This document shows, one piece after another, positions 1 through 9,519 of a stretch of 64,000 bases of DNA. This stretch comes from Neodothiora populina. Taxonomy: Eukaryota. Below the pieces are notes generated by a model. It was not told the DNA's origin. It saw only the letters and a list, made by a program, of their open reading frames with translations, and ran no database searches. A program made the translations under genes and the position numbers. Each line of letters opens with the position of its first letter. Position 1 is the stretch's first letter. Where the stretch lies: positions 1,178,001-1,242,000 of the forward strand of contig NW_027191406.1 in assembly GCF_041146345.1 (NCBI RefSeq). The letters run 5' to 3'.

Positions 1-2677
1 TCTTCTCGCTGAGATTCTTCAAGGTTTCCAACTCTGCTTGCAGAGAACCCACGAGTCGCTCGGCTGTCTTTGCCTTTTCCGCCGCACGAGTAACTTCTTC
101 GTTTTGTTCTCTCTGTGCTTTGTCCGCCTCCTCACGCATGCCCTGTAAGATGTCCTCGGAAGCCTTGAGAGCGGCATTCCTCTCGGCCATTTGAGCTTTC
201 AGTTGTTCCTGGAGGGTGGCGAGTTCTTGCTGTAGTGTTTCTGCCGTCCCTTGAGCTTCAGAGGCGGCGTGCTTCAATGCCTCACTCTCTTTCTCATTAC
301 TGTTTCTCAGCTCAGCCAATTCGTCCTCGAGTTTCTTTCTCAAACCTTTGCCCTCCGTGACGTCTGTAGCATGCTGCTTGCGCAAAGCATCCATCTCCTT
401 CTGCATCCGTTTAGTGGCAGCTTCGGCGTCAGCGGCTGCCTTCCTGAGAGTGTTGCTCTCTCCTCGGATTTTGGCATTGTCGGCATCAAGTTGTTTCTGA
501 CACCTGTCAATCTCAATCTCGAGATCCCTGATGATTTGAGCAAGCTGTTCGCGATCCTGCTCCTTCATCTCGATTTGCCGCTGGAGGTCTTTCTCATTGT
601 CCGTGGCTGCGACTTTGCTTTGGTCCAGTGCGGCCTGGACGTCTGCGATTCTGGATTCGACACCCGAGAGCTTCGAGTTCTTCTGTTTCTCTAACTCTGA
701 ATTGAGAGATGATATTTCCTCGGAATGGCTGGTTTTCAGTTGGTCTATCTGTGCTTTTGCGGACTCGGCAGACTTGCGCTGTGTCTCGAGATCCTTTCTG
801 AGGGCGGCGATCTCTTTGGCGTGGTCTGCTTTCGCTTGCTTCTCACTCTGCATGCGTTGCGTGTCAGCGTTCTTACGCTCTGTTTCGAGTTCCTTGTGGA
901 GTGCTGCCACTTCTCGGGCACGGTCGGCTTGAGTAGATGCTAGCTCCTGCTTCAGATCGGCTATCTCTTTGGTATGACTGCTGGCTAGATCCTCTTTCAG
1001 AGCAGTAATTGCTTTGGCGTGACTTTCTTCTAGTTGTTTCTTGTCGGATTCGCCCTTGTTCAAAGAGTCTGCGAGTTGTTTTTGTAGGTCGTTGATCTTG
1101 TCCTGTACCCCTGCCATGGCTTTTGCATGTTCAGTTCTCGTCTTGTCGCCTGATGCCAGCTCTTGCTTTTTGGCGTCGTCGAGCTGTGAGTGAGAAGTCT
1201 TGAGTTGTGCGCGTACTTCGGTCAGCTCTCTAGCCTTGGAGGCCTCGAGAGAATTTGCTCTTCGCCTGGCTTTCTCGGCGTCGGCCTTGAGCTGCTTGAC
1301 CTCGGTCTCATGCCCTGCCTTGACGACGGCGACCGTCTCAGCCTCGTCTCGCAGTTTAGCCAGTTCCTTTGCGTGCTCTTCCTCGACGCCTCGTCGCTGC
1401 TTTTCCACGTCGGCGCGTAGCGCACTCAGCTCTTTCGCGTGAACGACTTTGAGTCTCTCGACCTCCTCGATGGCCTCGGCTTTGAATCTGGCAAACTCGG
1501 CCGCTCTTTCTTCGAGTTTGCGAGGAGACTTGTGATGCGTGTCTGTCGGCGAGATGACTTCTTGATTCCGTTCCAGCCTCTCGATCTCGGCCCGCAGTTC
1601 GCGAATCTCGGTCTGCATGACCTCTCTCATGTTCGCCTCGCGCAGCAGGTCGCTCATTATGCGCATGTCCTTTTGTCGTTGCTCTTCTGTCGTGGAGGAT
1701 GTTCCGTTGGATGGGGCGGTCAGGGGACGCCGGGTTTTCGATGGCACCATTTCGGAGCGAGAGCGCATGTGGCCTCGGCCATTGTTCGACGCAAAGTCGA
1801 GATCAGAGGATGCGGCAAACTGGCGGAGTTTGGGTGGTGAGCGCAGGGAGAAGGCTGAGTGGATGGGTTTGAGAGGAGATGTGGGTCTTGAAGTCGACGT
1901 TGGTGCTCTGGATGCCTCGCTCCTAGTAGGGCTGGATGGCGCAATGGACGAGAGCGTGTCCTCTCTACCATCCACACTGGCGCCATCCTCGTCTTTGTCT
2001 TTGTCTCTTGCACCTCTTAGTTCAAGCTTCTTGGGTGTGGTGGGAGTAGCAGCCAGCCGAGGCTTCAGCGGTGCAGAAGTGTTGATCCTAGGCGGCACCG
2101 CACCAGTGGCCGACCTCGTCTGCGCTACACCTGCAGTCCTCGCAGCTCCAACACCACCCAGACTCGACCTCGCAGACACCCCGGGCTTCTTGGTCGCAGC
2201 GGCTGTGCCAGGTCTTGAAGAAGCAGTGGCGGTAAACGCAGTGCCAGCCCTACTAGTGCGTCCAGCAACAACTGGTCCACTCGCTGCTCCCACGCCGGCA
2301 GCAGCCAGACTGCTCATACGCCTGCTGGTGCCATTGGGACCGAACAAGCCAGGTCGCTGTCTGGGAGCATCATCGTGGTCGCCAGCGGCACTCGAAGTCA
2401 CGGAGCTCGCATCGCTGAGATTCCGTCTGGTCTGGCTCAGCGTCGACGGTCGCGCGGGCGGTTTGCCGATGGAGGGAGCGACTGCAGGACTGCGCGTCGA
2501 TGCCGTCGGTCTTGCTGCTGTCGGTCCTGATCTCGAAGTCGTGGTCGATGGTGACGATGAAGCCGAAGCTGCGGACCGCGTTGCTGAAGCTGCCAGCCTG
2601 GGTGCGAGAGGCGCTGTTCGAGAAGTTGCTGCTGCAGAGGCCGGTGTGCGCCTCTCGTCTGGGACCCGAGAAGACAT
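1..2677 (-). CDS. Large coiled-coil protein (basic Ser/Thr/Arg/Pro-rich N-terminus, then long E/K/A/Q/L-rich coiled coil); 3' end runs off the window
   Basis: ATG at 2677 (MSSRVPDERRTP...). Frame reads open to position 1 (~892 aa visible), with heptad-like segments such as EIRELRAEIERLE and LQQELATLQEQLKAQMAE. Missing from the ORF track because no stop lies in the window; the + strand ORFs here are its shadow. Confidence 0.85.
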   Translation of the reverse strand, partial: MSSRVPDERRTPASAAATSRTAPLAPRLAASATRSAASASSSPSTTTSRSGPTAARPTASTRSPAVAPSIGKPPARPSTLSQTRRNLSDASSVTSSAAGDHDDAPRQRPGLFGPNGTSRRMSSLAAAGVGAASGPVVAGRTSRAGTAFTATASSRPGTAAATKKPGVSARSSLGGVGAARTAGVAQTRSATGAVPPRINTSAPLKPRLAATPTTPKKLELRGARDKDKDEDGASVDGREDTLSSIAPSSPTRSEASRAPTSTSRPTSPLKPIHSAFSLRSPPKLRQFAASSDLDFASNNGRGHMRSRSEMVPSKTRRPLTAPSNGTSSTTEEQRQKDMRIMSDLLREANMREVMQTEIRELRAEIERLERNQEVISPTDTHHKSPRKLEERAAEFARFKAEAIEEVERLKVVHAKELSALRADVEKQRRGVEEEHAKELAKLRDEAETVAVVKAGHETEVKQLKADAEKARRRANSLEASKARELTEVRAQLKTSHSQLDDAKKQELASGDKTRTEHAKAMAGVQDKINDLQKQLADSLNKGESDKKQLEESHAKAITALKEDLASSHTKEIADLKQELASTQADRAREVAALHKELETERKNADTQRMQSEKQAKADHAKEIAALRKDLETQRKSAESAKAQIDQLKTSHSEEISSLNSELEKQKNSKLSGVESRIADVQAALDQSKVAATDNEKDLQRQIEMKEQDREQLAQIIRDLEIEIDRCQKQLDADNAKIRGESNTLRKAAADAEAATKRMQKEMDALRKQHATDVTEGKGLRKKLEDELAELRNSNEKESEALKHAASEAQGTAETLQQELATLQEQLKAQMAERNAALKASEDILQGMREEADKAQREQNEEVTRAAEKAKTAERLVGSLQAELETLKNLSEK

Positions 2678-3090
2678 GTTTCGCTCTTCTTTACTGCAAA
2701 AGTGTGCCGAATATCACGTTATATTATACTTGGACAGGAAAACCCCCCATGAAGGCTCCCTCCAAAATTGTGCTGTTCGATTAGTAGTCAAGTCTTTGGC
2801 GTCTTGTTGCAACTCACCATTCCATGCGCATGATGTTGTTTTGGTACAGTAGAGCAAGTAATGTTCATACAGGCATTGCCAGAAAGTTGTCCGAACGAGC
2901 AGCAGCAGCAGGCAATATACAAACAGCGACTAGACTAGTGTACAACACATGTACTTTGATCTGGGGACTTCTCCAAGAATGGAAAAGATATACAATACAG
3001 GACGTGAGAGATGGAACAGAACGAGAAGCCAGCCGCGACACGTAAAGTGCTAGCCACAGTATGAAGAATATCCAGTAGAGTATAGTAAAG

Positions 3091-3167
3091 CTCCCTCTCT
3101 CTCTCTTTCTCTCTGTCTTTCTAGGTACCGTGCAGTGCAGTACAGTACAGTACAGTACAGTACAGTA
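3091..3167. repeat. Compound microsatellite: (CT)n followed by (CAGTG/CAGTA)n
   Basis: ctccctctctctctctttctctctgtct then gtgcagtgcagtacagtacagtacagtacagtacagta, read directly. Confidence 0.9.
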
Positions 3168-4269
3168 GTTCTCTGCGCAAGCTGAAAGATTAGGTACCGT
3201 ATGTACAGTACCCTAATGTCCGGTGAGGTAAGGTAGCTTGCTGTACATAAAAGGACAAGTACAACTATCTCCAATTTCAGCCCTTCCGTCATCTTCTTTT
3301 CTATGCCTCCCCTGGCAACTTTTCTTAGAACCAACACGAGGTTGAACACCAGTTCTATCTGCCTTGATGATTTGAAATCCTTCAATAAACAAACCAGCAG
3401 TGCCATCATCTCATGTTCATCGAGGTATGGTTAGGTAGGTGCCTAATCCCAACTGCTCTCCTCGGAGTAACACACAGCTAAACTCTAAAAACGCCTCTCC
3501 TCCAAACCTCCGGCGAGCGGTAAACTCGACTCCGCATTCGCCAGAACTCAGAATCCATGCTGTAGAGCCCGCTTTTCTTGTTTTGCTGTCGTCTCTTGGT
3601 TTAACCTTGGCTTTTACCCTTCAGAATCACCGTTGTGCGTGAAACAAAAAGTGCACAGGCTCATCAATCACTTCTTTTCTTCGGTTTTGTGGTATAGTGC
3701 TACTTTAGTGTGTGAATTGTTACAGGGAATCGTACCCACTGCCACCTTTCAGTCTCCTGCTTGGACTTTTCTTTCCTCCCTTCCTCCTCTAATCAACTAC
3801 TACAACACTGCTGGTCTGACCAGAAGTCCGACCCAGTCAGCCCGGATGGGTATTGGGAAAAGATGAGGAATAGAAAGAAAAAACCCCCCCCCCCCTCTAA
3901 GGTGAGATCAATGAACAATCATAGCCAGGTAGGTAGTGTAGAACCACCTTGAAGTCCTGCTCTCTTTTGTCACCTTCTTCTCCCAAAGGCGTCTGCTGGA
4001 GCATGCCGTGCCGTCAACTCATCTATGCATGTCCTGTATATCGTATCTCCAAATCCCCTACAATGCTGTTACCGCTTCGAGCGACCCGAGGTCGTGGTGA
4101 CATTTCGAGGCATCGCTGCTAGCAAGTGCCGACAGGATTGTGATGCGAATGTGACAGGAAAATGCCTGCATTGCAGAAGCGCGTAAAAGACACCGCAGGT
4201 CGCTGCTTGCGGCTAGCAGCATCAGCGTCCACGTACAGACGATACCACAACGACAGGCAGTGACATCTT

Positions 4270-6501
4270 CTAAGCGTCGCCACCAGCGGGTGCAGGAGTG
4301 CTGCCAGGTTGAGGGGTTCCGCTTCCACGAGCACCGCGGCCTCTACCCCGTCCGCTCTCGCCTCTTCCACGGTATCCTCCACGACCGCGGCCGCGTCCAG
4401 AGTCAGAGTCGGACGCGCGCTCGCCGCCTGATCGGTATCCGCCCTCTCGTGCACCGGCCTGAGCTCCTCCGCGCGAGGATCCCCAGGTGCCGGCACCACC
4501 GTGGTGGCCACCTCTTGCGCCTGCACTTCTCTGTACCCTAAACTCACTAATCCTAAGGTTGGAGTATTTCGAATCCTTGTGGGGGCTGCGTTGGAGCACC
4601 TCTTGCATAATCTCCGGGCTGTCAAAGTGCGCGATCCAGAAGCCCTTGCTCGTCTTCTCCAGCTTGTTGATCTTCTTGCCATCCTCTTCGGTGAAGATCT
4701 GGCGGACTTCCGACTCTTCGTTCTTGTCGCCCGCGATCGGAGGAATGAAGATGGCCTGCGATGGCTTGGGCGCTTCTTGAGGGATCGGGGCGGACTTGGG
4801 GTCGGCGGCAGCGGTGCCGTTGGGCTTCTCGTCAGCCTTTGCGCCGTTCGCTGCAGGGAGTTGTGGGGTGACAGCACGCTGAGGTGCAGGTGACTTGGTC
4901 TGCTGCGGGACGGGGACGATGGGCTTGGCGGGCTGTTGGGGTGGTTGAGCGCGCGGCTGGGCCTGAGCCGGGGAGGCAGCAGGCACAGGGGCGGGAGTGG
5001 CAGCGTTGCTGTTGGTGGCGGTGGTGGGGCCGGCGGTCGACGAAGGAGCAGCGGCCTGCTGACCGGGACGCTGGGGGGTCTTGGTTCCTCTGTGGGAGAA
5101 GTTGAAACCTTGAGCACGCATCTCTGTTCCTATCCGGCCTTGATCAATATCGAGCACCAGCCATCCAAAGGCAGCGTCTGCCAAGTTGAAGTTCCACATG
5201 TTCTTGAAAGCGCTCTCGTCCACCTGGCCGCTCGCGGGACCGCCGAAGCCGCCGCCGAAGGGATTGCCACCGTTGGCCACGCTGGGCATCTTGGTGACGA
5301 TTTCGATTGCGAGCTGCAGCAGGCGCTGTTGTGACTCGTTGTCTGCCACCGCCGGCTCGACCTCGGATTTGACGGTTTCCCAGACGTCGTTGAAGGAAGC
5401 CTTGGAGGCAGCGAGCTTGCCGCGATAGTGATCGAGGGTGGGGTTGACAGAGAATTCGTTGTAGGAGCTGCCGTAGCGGAAATGCAGACCGGCGGAGATG
5501 GAGAAATCGGCCTTGAGAGCAACGGAGAGCTGGTTCAGCAGGCCTTCTCTGGCGGGAGAAGCGTGAGTGACGAAAACGCGGGTTTCGGTGGGGTCATAGA
5601 CACGGTTGGCGGTATCCACGAGCTCTCCGATCTGCAGAAGAGTCGTCCACATGGTGCCTTGACCGCCGGCAATGGTCGTCCTGCCCTCGCCATTGTCAAA
5701 CAGCTTGTGCATGACCACCGCTCCGCCGAGACCCAGGAGTCGCAGCTTCACTCCGCCGACGTCGAGTAGTCGCGAGTGAGCCTCGTCGATGATGTGCAGG
5801 TTGGGAACATTGTAGTCGCCGGAGCGGAGCTTCTCCAACACCGAGACATCCTCACACGCTCCCCAGACAGTGTAGACGGGGACTTCGAGCTTGAATTGGC
5901 CGGAGAGAAACTGGGGCAGTTCGGAGAGCGGGAGGCGATCACGGTGGAAGCGTTCCTTGATGGACGTCTGGGGCGGTGCGCGGGCGATGTCGGCCTTGGT
6001 GGTTTCGGTGAGAAGAGGAGAGTACTGCGCCACGTGTTTGAGAGTCCTGTGGATCAGGTCAGTGAATCGCCCGAGGTCATCATGTCATACAAGGCGGCGT
6101 ACTTTTCGGCGATGCGATTGAGCGAGGTGTCGTCGTAGAAGCCAAAGTCACCGGTGTGGATGATATGATCTGCTTTTGCTTGACGCGCGAGGTCGTTGAG
6201 GGATCGGAGGTTGCCTGGTCACAGACGAATGATGGTGGTCAGTTCTTGCGTCTTGCTGGAGTTCTGCTAGAAGCACTGCAAGTGTCACGTTGACGGTGGT
6301 GGCGGCGGTGGTTCAGTAATAGATAGTCTGTTGCTCACCTCTGACATCTGCGATACACAACACTCTCGCGCCATTTGATTGAATCACGCGACCCTGGTTG
6401 GGTAGAAGTGGCGTGGCTCCTGGTGCAGGAACGCCAGATGGTGCACCGTTTGGCATGTATGCTTGGCTGTAGGCACGAGGTTGGGAAGGAGGTTGCTGCA
6501 T
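4270..6501 (-). CDS. DUF2433-type calcineurin-like metallophosphoesterase-fold protein with P/Q/A-rich linker, RRM-like segment and RGG tail (~683 aa)
   Basis: Exons 6501-6339, 6214-6103 and 6046-4270 join in frame via GT-AG introns. Motifs LCIADVRG, IIHTGDFG, VWGACED, FVTHASP and SAGLH; C-terminal RGG/GRG repeats. Confidence 0.85.
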
Positions 6502-6887
6502 TCTTGGGTCAGTCGCTGTCTCTTGTGTGGGTTTATCTGCGTCAAGACAACTGACAGTGGCAGCCATGTGGATGATATTTCCCAAGAGAGGTGGGTGGCG
6601 AGGGATGTTGTGGTTGACAGTGGAAGTTACGATTTACGGGGTATCAGTTCGGTTCGGTCTCAGAGAGTGAAAGAGCTCCAGACGGGGAAAGCGAGGCAAA
6701 GAATTATCGGCCTGTTTCTTTGCTGTAATTAAAGAGAAAGAGATTCGTGAAGAGAGAGAGGACGAAGATGCCTCAGTGACGGATAGCTGAGCTGGAGAGG
6801 GAGTTGTCGATGATCTGAACTTGAATCCTGTCACGATACGGGAGAGTGAGTATACAGTAATGTGAGTTGCACAGAGTTGCACGCTGT

Positions 6888-7005
6888 GCTGTCTGTCTGC
6901 TGTCTGCTGTCTGCTGTCTACTGTCGCTCTTTCCCTCTGAGCTTCTGCTGTCCCTTTCTCCTGCCCTGCTTGCCCTGCTTGCCCTGCTTGCCCTGCTTGC
7001 CCTGC
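6888..7005. repeat. Short tandem repeats: CTGTCTG-type 7-mer array and (TGCCCTGCT) x ~5
   Basis: Read directly at about 6888-6925 and 6962-7005, upstream of the DUF2433 gene. Confidence 0.9.
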
Positions 7006-7256
7006 GGCTCCTGCCTCTGCACACAGGTCTGAGCTTACCCGCCTCTCCCGAGTCGCCGACATTTTACCGAGCTGCATCTACTCGTACTGTGTCGTACAGC
7101 TACCAGCAACCTACCTTATCTACGTCGAATAGTGGAGATCACATATGAGATGTAGCAAACAATATATCAAATGTAGTACATGACCCTTTCTTCATTTTCT
7201 CGCTCGATACAGAAATTGCGAACAATTGTACAAGTAAAAACACCTTCCGAGATCGC

Positions 7257-8794
7257 TCAATATTGCATCGCATCTTCAAACAATTGTCTCAGTTGGCCCC
7301 TCTCCTCGTCTTGGTTCTGCATCTCCAGGTTTGGCGCCAGCATCAGCACTCTCGCTTGAGGGATGGTGCCTTCAACTAATCCATCGATGTCCTTGTTTTG
7401 GAAACCAAGTGCCTTGAGGCCTCTGGGCTGGTCGCCCAACTTGACGAGAAACTCGGCAATTGCCTCGCTCAACACTTCGCCCGCGCTCTCAAGCTTGACG
7501 TTGCTTATATCTACGCCGAATGCTTCTGCCGCCGCCAAATGCCTCTCGGGATTGCTGGCTGCGGTGAACTTGAACACAGCCGGCGCCGAAACTGCGACAC
7601 TGACACCGTGAGGGATGATATCATGATCAACGGCATAACCTTGGTGCTTGTAGCCAGGGTTCTGCCCACTGATGGGATAGCTCATACCGTGACAGAGATG
7701 TACACCTGCATTTCCGAATCCCACGCCTGCGAGCGTCGCCGCGAGCAACATCTGGCTCTGAGCCTCTGCATCATCAGGGTCTTTGACCGCACGAGGCAAA
7801 TACTTGACAGTACTGCGTAGTGCTTGCAAGGAGAAGATGTCTGAGATGGGATTTGCACCTTGGTATGCTGGTCTATTGATCGGGTTCTGCGGTCGAGGTA
7901 CGCGCTCGTAGTAAGGTATTGCCGTCCAGGATTCCAGCGAGTGACAGAGGACGTCAAGACCGCTAGAAGCATGTACTGCACTCGGCATTGTTCGGGTATT
8001 GATGGGGTCTACAATACCAAGTGTGGGCTTCAGGTTTCTGTGCGCAATACCAGTCTTTGCCTTCTTGTCAACGAGATCGAAGATGGCGGTGCCTGTTGTC
8101 TCAGAGCCGGTGCCTGCAGTGGTGGGAACTGCAATCAGAGGCTTGAGCTTGCCCTGGATCGGTAGACCTCTGCCTAGTGGTGCATTCACAAAGTCGAGGA
8201 AATCGGCTTCGGGGAACGAGTTGTACAAGTTCATCAACTTCGCCGTGTCCATGACGCTACCTCCACCTACTGCCAGGAATGCATCGGCATTGTAGGGCTT
8301 CGAGAAGGCGATCGCCTCCTTGATGCTGTATAGTCATAAGTGATCTGCGATATCCGCCCATCCTGAGGTACAGCCACTTACGAGTAGTCCTTCGGTTCGA
8401 CCCGGACCTTGCTGTACACCTCGTATGCGATGCCCTCCCTCTCCAATCCCTCTCTGACCTGCTTCATAGCATCCAGCTTCTCTACCGTGCTATCTGTTAC
8501 CACCATGACCTTCTTCGCTCCCATGTTCTTGAAATCCATGCCCACTTCTTTTGTGCATCCTGGGCCGAATCGGATGCTCGATGCTGCCATTTCGAATGCA
8601 TATTCTTTTTGCTGGCTGTAGTCTATCGGGGTCGCCAGTGCACGCTTTGACTGCGATACCGCGAGCGGTGACAAATGGTTGTGGTGGTGTCCCGGATTAC
8701 TGTGACACGGGCAAGTAGGAGAATGCGAGCCGATTGTTCGGAGCAGATTCAATGCACGCGTTGCCCGCGTGGGAGCTATCCTGATTGCCGCCAT
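7257..8794 (-). CDS. ADHFE1: Hydroxyacid-oxoacid transhydrogenase (iron-containing alcohol dehydrogenase family), likely mitochondrial (~493 aa)
   Basis: Exons 8794-8382 and 8325-7257. Motifs EYAFEMAASSIRFGPG, AVGGGSVMDTAK, PTTAGTGSETT, DVLCHSLES, GVHLCHGMSYPI, PHGVSV; Arg-rich presequence. Confidence 0.93.
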
Positions 8795-9425
8795 TGTTGA
8801 TTTTCTAACCAGCTTGTAGCTTATTTCTAGCCTACTGACTGCAGAAACACAAATGTTCCTGTAAGACAAGAGGATGCAGGTGCAAGAGACTCAAAAGTGC
8901 ATATTATTGCCGGACCCGGTTGCTTATGGGGAAGCGTGCGGGGATATGCAGGTGAGGTCGTCATTATCATTGCCCGCTTCGCCGAGGTACAAAGAGGTAG
9001 AGTAGATACACGAGCTTCTACACTCTGACGACCTCTCTGACCTTATCGTTACCCATAATTGTAATATCTTCCTTAGTCAAGTTTCCTTTCTTCATAGCCG
9101 ACGTATAAGCAATCGCCTGCGTCCGACACAAGGTCCACGGTTTATTTGCCCCACTTACAACTCGCTCGAATCCATAACGTGCTGCTTCAAAAGCCGAGGT
9201 CTCGGCCTTTTGTTGGAGATGGAACAGACTGTACTCATATAACCGTGACACAAGGTATCATACCTGTAGTGATCGAGCGAGTAGCCACATCATCGAATAA
9301 AATCGTCGTCCAGTACGAGAGCAAGTCAGGCCTCAGTTATCCATAATTATAGCAGACCATCTCAACAATCTACATCTTGTGTAAATATATAGCTCCGCAA
9401 AAGCGCTGACTAATCATCAGTCAAT

Positions 9426-9519
9426 GCTGCTGTAGCTCAGTGGTAGAGCGTGGGATTGCAGTTTCATCTATACGAAGCCAATTATCCTAAGGTCCGTTGT
9501 TCGACCCAGCGTAGCAGCT
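9426..9519 (+). tRNA. tRNA-Cys(GCA): tRNA-Cys(GCA) with 22-nt intron (9462-9483)
   Basis: Acceptor GCTGCTG/TAGCAGC, D arm GCTCAGTGGTAGAGC, anticodon stem TGGGA/TCCTA with GCA at 9458-9460, T arm CGTTG-TTCGACC-CAGCG, U discriminator, downstream T tract. Confidence 0.93.

Noticed and set aside
251..2852. Plus-strand ORFs up to 411 aa
   Set aside because: Antisense shadows of the minus-strand coiled-coil gene; no recognisable motifs.
4119..5117. 332-aa minus-strand Pro/Arg-rich ORF
   Set aside because: Alternative frame of the GC-rich 3' half of the DUF2433 gene; non-ATG start.
9018..9251. 77-aa minus ORF between ADHFE1 and tRNA-Cys
   Set aside because: No ATG, no convincing intron structure, no recognisable family.
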